Shown here piece by piece: positions 48,715 to 56,538 of a stretch of DNA of 64,000 nt (the first letter of the stretch is position 1; every line of letters starts with the position of its first letter). This stretch comes from an uncultured Chloroflexia bacterium (lineage in GTDB: Bacteria; Chloroflexota; Limnocylindria; Limnocylindrales; CSP1-4). The stretch spans positions 55,159 through 119,158 of the forward strand of contig CAVRAX010000006.1 of the NCBI GenBank assembly GCA_963719145.1, given 5' to 3'. A program made the position numbers and the translations under genes. The notes under the pieces were generated by a model that was given only the letters and a program-made list of their open reading frames with translations, had not been told where the DNA came from and did no database searches.

Positions 48715-49707
48715 TCATCGCCCTCGCCTCCCCCACCGCCCGCCCCCGGCCAGCATCTGCTCGCGCGCGTCGAGCTCCTCGTCGCGGATCTCGTGGCCGG
48801 TGAGGGTGATGAAGACGTCCTCCAGGCTGGGGCGCTTCAGGCTCACCGATTGGAGCGAGAGAGGGAAGGTCCGGACGAACTCCGGCAGGAACGTGTCCCC
48901 GGCCGGCACGTGGAACCGGACGAGCCCGTCCTGGATCATCGCCTCGAACCCGTAGCGCGTCCTGACCTCGCCGGCCGCGGCCGCCGAATCGGGCGTCGAG
49001 AACGTGATCAGGTCGCCGCCAACGGCCCGCTTCAGGCCGTCGGGGCTGTCGAGGGCCACGATCTGGCCTCGGTCGATGATCGCGATCCGGCCGCAGTTCT
49101 CGGCCTCGTCGAGATACTGGGTCGTGAGGAAGATCGTGAGGTGCTCCTGCTCGCGGAGCCGGAGCAGGTACTCCCAGATGTGGCGCCGGGTCTGGGGATC
49201 GAGGCCGATCGTCGGCTCGTCGAGGAAGAGCACCTTGGGATGGTGGACGAGGCCGCGGGCGATCTCCAGGCGGCGCTTCATCCCGCCCGAGAAGGTCCTG
49301 ACGCTGCCCTTCCGCCGATCCCACAGCTCGACCATCGTGAGCAGCTCCTTGATCCGCTGATCGCGGAGGCCGGCCGGGACGGCGTAGGCGTAAGCGTGGA
49401 ACCGGAGATTCTGCTCGGCGCTCAGGTACTCGTCGACCGTCGTCTGCTGGAAGACGAGGCCGATCGATCGCCGGACCTCGCTGCGCTGATGGGCGACGTC
49501 GAAGCCGTTGACCGACGCGCGCCCGCCAGACGGACGGAGCAGCGTGCAGAGCATGTTGATCGTGGTCGACTTCCCGGCGCCGTTCGGGCCCAGGAAACCG
49601 AACAGCTCGCCGGCCTCGACCTCGAACGAGACGCTCTTGACGGCCTCGAGCGTGCCGAACCGGCGTGACAGCTCATGAACCTCGATGGCGTTCATGCTGG
49701 CGGTCAT
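48715..49707 (-). CDS. ABC transporter ATP-binding protein
   Basis: GFLGPNGAGKST Walker A, FSGGMKRRL signature and VLFLDEPTIGLD Walker B. Confidence 0.9.
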   Translation of the reverse strand: MTASMNAIEVHELSRRFGTLEAVKSVSFEVEAGELFGFLGPNGAGKSTTINMLCTLLRPSGGRASVNGFDVAHQRSEVRRSIGLVFQQTTVDEYLSAEQNLRFHAYAYAVPAGLRDQRIKELLTMVELWDRRKGSVRTFSGGMKRRLEIARGLVHHPKVLFLDEPTIGLDPQTRRHIWEYLLRLREQEHLTIFLTTQYLDEAENCGRIAIIDRGQIVALDSPDGLKRAVGGDLITFSTPDSAAAAGEVRTRYGFEAMIQDGLVRFHVPAGDTFLPEFVRTFPLSLQSVSLKRPSLEDVFITLTGHEIRDEELDAREQMLAGGGRWGRRGR

Positions 49708-49731
49708 CGGCCTCGACCAGACATGCGTACG

Positions 49732-49737
49732 ATTCTA
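49732..49737 (-). promoter_or_regulatory. candidate -10 (TAGAAT) of the ABC exporter operon
   Basis: The minus-strand TAGAAT is followed 7 nt later by the ATG of a 6-codon mini-ORF. The mini-ORF's TGA overlaps the ATPase ATG. Confidence 0.45.
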
Positions 49738-49835
49738 GGCACGATCGCCCGATCATGGAACGGCGGCCTTCGGCCCCGCCGCGGCCCGGCGACGGTGCCT
49801 CTTCCGATGTTAGCCACCTGGCAACCAAATTCCGC

Positions 49836-49841
49836 TATGCT
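49836..49841 (+). promoter_or_regulatory. -10 (TATGCT) giving a leaderless ClC mRNA
   Basis: TATGCT ends exactly 6 nt before the in-frame GTG at 49848. Confidence 0.45.
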
Positions 49842-49847
49842 GGTGCC

Positions 49848-52022
49848 GTGCCCCGACCAGTCACCGACCTCTTCGGGGTGGCGACGGTCCAGCGTGGGCG
49901 GGCCGGGGGCGCGATGTATCGGCTCCGTGTTGCGGGCGGACGAGCGGAGCGGATGCGCGACGCGATCCTTCGCAGCCCGGCCGGCCTCGTCACCCTCGCC
50001 CTCCTCACCGGCTTCGGGGCCGGGGTCGGCGCCATTGCCTTCCGCTGGCTGATCGGCGCGTTCACGCGGCTCTTCATCGGCCAATCGGCCGAGGGCCTGA
50101 CCAGCCAGCCGATCCATCCCGCTCTCCCCGGGTTCGGGGTCTGGTTCATCGTCGCGGTTCCGGTGGTTGGCGGCCTCCTCTACGGTCCGCTCATCGAGCA
50201 ATTCGCGCGCGAGGCTCGCGGCCACGGCGTCCCGGAGGTGATGTTCTCGGTCGCCGAGCAGGGCGGCCGGATTCGCCCCCGGGTCGCGGTCGTGAAGTCG
50301 CTCGCGTCCGCCATCTGCCTGGGCTCCGGGGGTTCGGTCGGGCGTGAGGGTCCAATCGTACAGATCGGATCGGCCCTTGGATCCGCGGTCGGCCAGGCGC
50401 TCAGGGTCGGCGAGTCCAACCTCCGGCTCCTGGTCGCTTGCGGTGCTGCCGGCGGCATCTCGGCGACGTTCAACGCCCCGATCGCGGGCGTGTTCTTCTC
50501 ACTCGAGCTGATCCTGCGCGACTTCGAGGTCCGGTCGTTCGGCTCGGTGGTCCTGGCGTCCGTGACCGCCGACGTCGTGAGCCGGGCGGCGTTCGGGTCA
50601 TCCTCGTTCTTCGCCCTACCGCCGTTCGCGATCGTGAGCCTCTGGGAGTACCCGCTGTATGGGCTGCTGGGCCTCGTCGCAGCCCTGGCCGGGCTCGCGT
50701 TCGTGCGGATCCTGTACGGGACCGAGGACCTGATCGACAGGCTCTGGACGCCGCGCCCAGAGTGGCTTCGGCCGGTCGTGGGCGGCTTCTTCCTCGGCCT
50801 TCTGCTGCTCGCCCTGCCGCAGCTCTACGGCGTTGGTTACGCGCCCCTCGAGCAGGCGATCGACGGCCAGGACACGCTCGTGCTCGTCCTGGTCCTGCTC
50901 ATCGGGAAGATGGTCGCGACCAGCCTCACGATCGGCATCGGTGGCTCGGGCGGGGTGTTCGCGCCGTCGCTCTTCATGGGCGGCATGCTCGGCACGGCGT
51001 TCGGGATCGTCGCGAACGCCATCGCGCCGGGCTCCGTGGCCCCGGCCGGCGCCTACGGCCTGGTCGGCATGGGGGCGGTGTTCGCTGCCGCCGCCCACGC
51101 CCCGATCACGTCGGTGCTGATCCTGTTCGAGCTGACCGGGGACTACCAGATCATCCTGCCGATGCTGACCGCGATCGCCGTGTCAGCGGGTGTGTCGACG
51201 CTGCTGACTTCGGACACGATCTACACCCTCAAGCTCCGACGCCGGGGGATCGACGTGCTGCGTGGGCGCGCGGCGAGCCTCATGGGCCTGATCCCGGTGA
51301 GCGAGGCCATGCGCTCGGTGCCGTCGCCGCTCGCCGCCAGTGCCAGCCTTGACGAGGTCGTCGACCGCCTCGTGGCGGAGGGGGTCGAGGCGCTGCCCGT
51401 CGTCGACGAGAACGGTGTCTATGTCGGTATTCTGACGTCGGACGCGGCCGAGGAAAGCATGCGCGCGAACGCGCTCGACGCGACCGCCGGCGACCTGGCC
51501 CAGCGAGTGCCTCCCGTCCGCGCCGACGAGACCCTGGAGCAGGCGCTCGATCGACTCCTCGCCCAGGGCGCCGCCGGCCTCCCGGTCCTCGATGCAGCCG
51601 ACGGTCGCGTCGTCGGCTGGCTGACGCACCGCGACCTGCTGCGGGCCTACAGTGGCGCCGAAGGCGGGACCGTACCGATGCCGCGGCGTGCACCGGGAGG
51701 GGCGCAACCTGGCGGCCGGGCGGTCGGTCCGACGTGGCTGCGCAACTTCCGAGTGGTAGACCTCGAGTTCACCACCGACACGCCACCGGTCGGATCGCGG
51801 CTGGTGGCCGTGCCGTGGCCGGCCCTCACGCTCCCGATCATGGTCCGGCGCGACGGCCTGAGCTTCACACCCACCGAGAAGACCACGCTCCGGGTCGGTG
51901 ACCGGGTCACGGTCCTCGTCGAGCGAGAGCTGGCCGACGACCTCGCGGACCGGCTGGCCGACCGGGTCGCGTCCGCGCCGCCCTCAGCGCCGACCGCGGA
52001 TCGAGCCGAACCTCGGGGATGA
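49848..52022 (+). CDS. ClC-family chloride channel/antiporter with C-terminal CBS pair and TrkA-C domain
   Basis: GSGGSVGREGP, GVFFSLE and GIGGSGGVFAPSLFMGG selectivity motifs. Two CBS-like repeats are followed by a TrkA_C-like end (VGSRLVAV...LRVGDRVTVLV). The start was chosen by the leaderless geometry; ATG alternatives are at 49914 and 49953. Confidence 0.88.
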   Translation: MPRPVTDLFGVATVQRGRAGGAMYRLRVAGGRAERMRDAILRSPAGLVTLALLTGFGAGVGAIAFRWLIGAFTRLFIGQSAEGLTSQPIHPALPGFGVWFIVAVPVVGGLLYGPLIEQFAREARGHGVPEVMFSVAEQGGRIRPRVAVVKSLASAICLGSGGSVGREGPIVQIGSALGSAVGQALRVGESNLRLLVACGAAGGISATFNAPIAGVFFSLELILRDFEVRSFGSVVLASVTADVVSRAAFGSSSFFALPPFAIVSLWEYPLYGLLGLVAALAGLAFVRILYGTEDLIDRLWTPRPEWLRPVVGGFFLGLLLLALPQLYGVGYAPLEQAIDGQDTLVLVLVLLIGKMVATSLTIGIGGSGGVFAPSLFMGGMLGTAFGIVANAIAPGSVAPAGAYGLVGMGAVFAAAAHAPITSVLILFELTGDYQIILPMLTAIAVSAGVSTLLTSDTIYTLKLRRRGIDVLRGRAASLMGLIPVSEAMRSVPSPLAASASLDEVVDRLVAEGVEALPVVDENGVYVGILTSDAAEESMRANALDATAGDLAQRVPPVRADETLEQALDRLLAQGAAGLPVLDAADGRVVGWLTHRDLLRAYSGAEGGTVPMPRRAPGGAQPGGRAVGPTWLRNFRVVDLEFTTDTPPVGSRLVAVPWPALTLPIMVRRDGLSFTPTEKTTLRVGDRVTVLVERELADDLADRLADRVASAPPSAPTADRAEPRG

Positions 52023-52184
52023 CGAGCGGGGTCACGTACGGTTCCGGTCAGCACGCCGTTCGACCCACCCTCCAACCATGCTGTCCTTGGCCTTCCCGGC
52101 CACTGGTTCGCGCCCTGGTCCGTGGCGCGTGGCAGCGCGGGCGGCCCCGCGACCCGTTGCGTGCGAGAGTCCCTCTCGCCGATG

Positions 52185-53564
52185 TCAGCTCAAACGCTCG
52201 ATCAAGCGGGTCCGCGAGGCGCCCCGGTGACGCTCGATGAGGTCGAGAGTGAGGGCAGCGGTCCAGCCGAACCCGACGCTTCCGTATCCGGTCCCGTCGA
52301 TCGGGTCGAAGTACTCGCGGAACCCTGACTGCTCGACGAGCCGGACGCTGCTCAGGACGATGTCGTCGGTCTCGCTGTCGTGCCCGTGCTGGTGGAGACC
52401 GGACCACAGGAGCCAGTTCGTGTTGATCCAGATCGGACCCCGCCAGTAGCGGCGCCTGTCAAAACGCTCACCGTGGAGATCGAAACTCGGCACGACGAAT
52501 GCCCCGGGCCCGGCAGCGTGGAAACACGTCGACTTCATGGTCGTAACGATGGCGGCCCTGAAGCGCGCCGCGAGCTCCGGGTCAAGGAGCGGGGCGAAGG
52601 CCACGATCGTGTCCTCCACGCCGCCCTCCATTGTCCGAACGTCCACAGCCGCGAACCGCTCCTTCAGCGGGTCCCAGAGATGCCGCACGAGTGACGCGTG
52701 GATGCGATCGGCGGCTTCCCGATGCGGCTGCGCGTCGGCGCCGACGATTTCGGCCAGCTCCGCAAGGGCGTGGGTCGACCACAGGTAGATGGAGTTGAAG
52801 AGGGGGTCGGCGACCGTGAATGGGACCGTGTCGGTCAGTACCCGGTCGTCGTAACCGGAGTCGCGATACCGCATGGCGAGGTACACGAAGCGGTCGTAGG
52901 TCTCGTTCGTCGGGCGGTCGGCCGGATTCGCGTGGGCCAGATCGTGGCGCTGATACGGTGGGATGGCTCCCGGCGGGACCTTGAGCTCGGCCAGATCGCG
53001 GTCCCAGACCGGTGAATTGTCGAGGCCTGACTCCCACGGGTGGACGATCGAGGCGAGGCCGATGCCGGTCGGGTCGCGATCGCGGCCGAGATACTCGTGC
53101 TGAGCAACGAGCCGCGGGTAGAGCCAGCGCAGGAAGGCCTTCGATGACTCCCCGTCACGGGCGTGGCGGTGCATTTCCAGCGCCACTCGGGCGTGGATGG
53201 GCGGCTGGGTGATCCCGGATGTCTCGATATCACGCGGGGCTTCCCCCGACCGTTTGGACGATTGCCAGAACGCCGGCCCGGGAAAGTAGGCGTCGTCCGA
53301 AACCATCGGGTTCAGGACGATGTGGGGGACCTTGCCGTTCGCCCACTGAGCCCTGAAGAGTGTCTGGAGCTCCTCTTGCGCCCGGGCCTGGTCGTACCAC
53401 GACCGCCCCAGGGCGATGAACGCCGAGTCCCAGCTCCACTGATGTGGATACAGCGTTCGGGACGGCAGCGTCGAGGATCCCAGCCAGTTCTCGTCGAGCA
53501 CCGTTTTGCAGCCCTCCCGAAGGGTGGCGAGGCGAGCCGCCGAATTGCGGGCTGGCTGGTGCAC
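52185..53564 (-). CDS. GH63-family glucosylglycerate/mannosylglycerate hydrolase-like enzyme
   Basis: LYPHQWSWDSAF, SGITQPPIHA, HPWESGLDNSPVWD, YWRGPIWINTNW and FREYFDP..G...G..GFGWTAA match my recollection of MGH/GgH-type enzymes. The GTG at 53564 lies 8 nt after AGGAG; the track start is 53573. Confidence 0.65.
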   Translation of the reverse strand: MHQPARNSAARLATLREGCKTVLDENWLGSSTLPSRTLYPHQWSWDSAFIALGRSWYDQARAQEELQTLFRAQWANGKVPHIVLNPMVSDDAYFPGPAFWQSSKRSGEAPRDIETSGITQPPIHARVALEMHRHARDGESSKAFLRWLYPRLVAQHEYLGRDRDPTGIGLASIVHPWESGLDNSPVWDRDLAELKVPPGAIPPYQRHDLAHANPADRPTNETYDRFVYLAMRYRDSGYDDRVLTDTVPFTVADPLFNSIYLWSTHALAELAEIVGADAQPHREAADRIHASLVRHLWDPLKERFAAVDVRTMEGGVEDTIVAFAPLLDPELAARFRAAIVTTMKSTCFHAAGPGAFVVPSFDLHGERFDRRRYWRGPIWINTNWLLWSGLHQHGHDSETDDIVLSSVRLVEQSGFREYFDPIDGTGYGSVGFGWTAALTLDLIERHRGASRTRLIERLS

Positions 53565-53597
53565 CGCCGTCACTCCTGTGGATGCGGAGGTCCCTCA

Positions 53598-53603
53598 AGA
53601 GTA
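53598..53603 (-). promoter_or_regulatory. candidate proximal -10 (TACTCT) for the GH63 gene
   Basis: The minus-strand TACTCT lies about 25-35 nt upstream of the start codons and directly abuts the tandem 28-mers. Confidence 0.35.
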
Positions 53604-53658
53604 CCGTCGCACCCCGTCTGGCGCGCTGGTATCGTCGCACCCCGTCGGGCGCGCTGGT
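53603..53658. repeat. tandem 28-bp direct repeat x2
   Basis: ACCGTCGCACCCCGTCTGGCGCGCTGGT / ATCGTCGCACCCCGTCGGGCGCGCTGGT. 26 of 28 positions are identical, arranged head-to-tail. Confidence 0.9.
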
Positions 53659-53790
53659 GGCGCCAGCACCGGCTCGGCCGACCGACATCGGATCACTTGC
53701 GGATGCACCTTCGAGAGCGCCACCACCCGGGCCAAGACCACAACTGGTGCACGCCATTACCCGATCCCGCCATCGCGCGACCGCCGCGGT

Positions 53791-53851
53791 TCGATGTCGT
53801 CGTCCGAGCCCTTGACGCACCGCAGGCGGTCAGTCAGGGCCCGGGTCGCCG
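53791..53851. repeat. 61-bp dispersed direct repeat, copy A
   Basis: 55/61 identical to 58117-58177 in the same orientation. The last 46 bp have only 2 mismatches (..GAGCCCTTGACGCACCGCAGGCGGTCAGTCAGGGCCCGGGTCGCCG). Confidence 0.9.
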
Positions 53852-54005
53852 GTGCATCACACGGCCCTCTTCTTCCGTCAACAGCCCGCAACCCGACGGG
53901 CCTCGTCCCCCCGCGCTCGACCCCGCATGTCTGCGATTCTAGGCGCGATCGCCGAGGCGCGGATCCGCGGCTCCTGCGGCTGGCGCGTATGTCCGTCGCG
54001 GCGAT

Positions 54006-54015
54006 CCCCCCCCCC
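54006..54015. repeat. C10 homopolymer tract in a divergent intergenic region
   Basis: Read directly (GATCCCCCCCCCCAAAG). Confidence 0.9.
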
Positions 54016-54185
54016 AAAGCGGCGCGGGCGCCACCGCGACGACTACGTTGGGCGCGCGACACCTGCTCGCCTCCCTGCCGACCTGACCGTAGCCCAGGCG
54101 CCGGCAGGAGGGCACCATGCGTCGCTGCCGGCCCGCGTCGCGCACGAGCCTGGGCGGACGCCGCCCTCGCCCCTGCGACAGCCCA

Positions 54186-54191
54186 TAGACT
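54186..54191 (+). promoter_or_regulatory. candidate -10 (TAGACT) for the PLDc_N-ABC gene
   Basis: TAGACT lies 61 nt upstream of the GTG at 54253. Confidence 0.35.
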
Positions 54192-54252
54192 TGATGCGTG
54201 ATCACACGATGACGTCGCCCGAGACGACGCGCGACGGCCGGAGCGGGAGCCT

Positions 54253-55536
54253 GTGACTGTCACCCAGATCCTCGTCATCGTGATCCCGATCGTGCTCATC
54301 CAGGTCGGGCTGCTCGTGCTCGCGGCCCACGACCTCCTCCGCGAGGACCGCCGGGTCCGGGGCGACAACAAGGTCGTCTGGGCCCTGGTCATCGTCTTCG
54401 TCAGCATCCTCGGACCGCTCGTCTACTTCTTCGTGGGCCGGGACGAGAGCCGCGGTGGGGGGTCGGGACCCACGATCGTGGACGCGTCGGGCGCCATCTC
54501 GGAGATCCTGGCCAGCTGGCCGGGGGTCGCCCCGGGCGCCGCGCCGGCGGTCGAGACCCGGAGCCTGACGAAGCGCTACGGTCGCGTCGTCGCTCTCGAA
54601 GGCTTGGACCTCACGATCCCGAGCGGTTCGATCTTCGGATTCCTCGGTCCGAACGGCGCCGGCAAGACCACGACGCTCCGCATCCTGGCTGGACTGGCCC
54701 GGGCCACCGCGGGCTCTGGCACGGTCGCCGGGGTGCCGATCGGCGGGACTGATGGCCGCCTCGCGCGGAGCATCGGCTACCTCGATCAGGACCCTCGCTT
54801 CTACGGCTGGATGACCGGCCGGGAGCTGCTCGAGCTCGTCGGCCGGCTCCACGGCCTGGATGGCTCCGACCTGCGCCGGCGCGTCGATGAGGTGCTCCAG
54901 ATCGTGGGCCTGACCGAGGCCGCAGGCCGGAGCATCGGCGGCTACTCGGGCGGCATGCGCCAGCGCCTGGGCATCGGCCAGGCGATCATCAACCAGCCGC
55001 GCGTCCTGTTCCTGGACGAGCCGGTGAGCTCGCTCGATCCGGAAGGGCGCCGCGACATCCTCGACATCATCAACCACCTGCGCGGTTCCGCGACGGTCTT
55101 CATGAGCACGCACATCCTCAATGACGTCGAGCGTGTCTGCGATCGGGTCGCCATCCTCAACGTCGGCCACCTCGTCGTCGAGGGCCCGATCGACGAGCTC
55201 CTCGATCGCTACGCCCAACCGATCTACGAGCTCCAGCCCGAGCCACAGCAGCCGGGTGCCCTCGAGCGGCTGGCGAACGCGATTCGAACTGAACCCTGGG
55301 CCAGTGAGATTCGAACGACGCCGGATACCGTCCGTGTGTTCGTCAGCGACCCGAAGCAGGCCGGCCCATCGTTGCTGCCCCTCGTCGCCCATACGGGCGT
55401 AACGCTCATGCGCTTCGAACGGGCTCGACCCTCGCTGGAAGACGTCTTCCTGCGCCTCGTGGCCGAGGGTGAGCTTCGAACGACGCCGGAGATCGAGATC
55501 CCGGTCACGGGCCTGGACGGGAGGGGCCGGCGATGA
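54253..55536 (+). CDS. fusion of a PLDc_N-type two-TM domain to an ABC transporter ATP-binding domain
   Basis: The N-terminal 65 aa (ILVIVIPIVLIQVGLLVLAAHDLL...NKVVWALVIVFVSILGPLVYFFVGRDE) is PLDc_N-like. It is followed by GFLGPNGAGKTT, YSGGMRQRL and VLFLDEPVSSLD. Confidence 0.8.
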   Translation: MTVTQILVIVIPIVLIQVGLLVLAAHDLLREDRRVRGDNKVVWALVIVFVSILGPLVYFFVGRDESRGGGSGPTIVDASGAISEILASWPGVAPGAAPAVETRSLTKRYGRVVALEGLDLTIPSGSIFGFLGPNGAGKTTTLRILAGLARATAGSGTVAGVPIGGTDGRLARSIGYLDQDPRFYGWMTGRELLELVGRLHGLDGSDLRRRVDEVLQIVGLTEAAGRSIGGYSGGMRQRLGIGQAIINQPRVLFLDEPVSSLDPEGRRDILDIINHLRGSATVFMSTHILNDVERVCDRVAILNVGHLVVEGPIDELLDRYAQPIYELQPEPQQPGALERLANAIRTEPWASEIRTTPDTVRVFVSDPKQAGPSLLPLVAHTGVTLMRFERARPSLEDVFLRLVAEGELRTTPEIEIPVTGLDGRGRR

Positions 55537-56312
55537 GCGGCTTCGGTGTGCTCCTGGTCAAGGAGCTGCGCGAGCAGGTCCGGACGTATCGGCTCCCGGT
55601 CGTCGCGATCGTGTTCCTGCTGTTCGGGATCCTGTCGCCGGCTGTGGCGCGGTATACGAAGGAGCTCATCGACGCCATCGGGTCCGAGGCGACCGGCGGA
55701 CTCCAGATCACCATCCCGCCGCCGACGGTCGCCGACGCCGTGGGCCAGCTGCTCAAGAACTTCACCCAGTTCGGGATCCTCATCGCGATCCTGCTGGCGA
55801 TGGGGGCGGTCGCCTCCGAGAAGGAACGCGGAACCGCGGGCCTCATCCTGACCAAGCCAGCCTCGCGCCTGTCCTTCCTCCTCGCCAAGCTTGTTGCCAT
55901 CGGTGTGTCGCTCGCGGTCGCGGTCGGCGTCGGCTGTGCGATCGGCTTCGTCTACACGCTGCTGCTCTTCGAGGGCGCCTCGCTGCCGATCGGCGGCTAC
56001 GTCGAGATGTCGATCCTGCTCTTCCTGGCGATCTTCGCCTACGCCGCGCTCACGTTCCTCGCCAGCACCCTCACCCGCTCGGCGATGGCGGGCGCCGGCA
56101 TCGGCTTCGTGGCCTTCGTCGTGACGGGAATCATCGGCGCCCTGCCCACGATCGGACCGTACATGCCAGTCGCGCTGACCGCGCCGGCCGCAAACGTGGC
56201 CGTCGGCGCGCCGCCGGGAGTCGAGCTCGGCGGGCCGGTGGTCGCCGCGATCCTGTTCGTCGCGGTGCCGTTCGTCCTGGCCTGGCTGAGCTTCCGTCGC
56301 CAGGAGCTGTAG
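55533..56312 (+). CDS. ABC-2 family permease
   Basis: 259 aa with six TM helices. N-terminal LLVKELREQVRTYR. Its start overlaps the ATPase stop. Confidence 0.75.
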   Translation: MSGFGVLLVKELREQVRTYRLPVVAIVFLLFGILSPAVARYTKELIDAIGSEATGGLQITIPPPTVADAVGQLLKNFTQFGILIAILLAMGAVASEKERGTAGLILTKPASRLSFLLAKLVAIGVSLAVAVGVGCAIGFVYTLLLFEGASLPIGGYVEMSILLFLAIFAYAALTFLASTLTRSAMAGAGIGFVAFVVTGIIGALPTIGPYMPVALTAPAANVAVGAPPGVELGGPVVAAILFVAVPFVLAWLSFRRQEL

Positions 56313-56538
56313 GCGGGTAGTGCCGGAGATTGGCCTGTTCGGCGCCTGCGAAACCGAGGCGCCACGTCGTCAAGACGTGTGGCTGCAGGAGCGTCCTCAG
56401 CTTGCCGCACCCGAGCTTGGGCGCGCAGGGCCCCTGGCCCCGTGCACGGAACCCCAACGGGGTTGCAGCGACGACCCGTTCAACGCGAGGACGACGATCT
56501 CGAAGCGCGATTCGGTCGGCGACATCCCGACCGCCAGG

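Noticed and set aside
53791-53851. 61-bp repeat as a riboswitch or small RNA
   Set aside because: The substitutions between the two copies break, rather than compensate for, the only small hairpin. There is no match to any riboswitch core I know. I keep it as a DNA-level repeat of unknown function.
55279-55325. tRNA-like GATTCGAAC motifs (two copies)
   Set aside because: They lie in frame within the ABC ATPase coding sequence (AIRTEPWASEIRTT), and no acceptor, anticodon or T-arm cloverleaf can be drawn.
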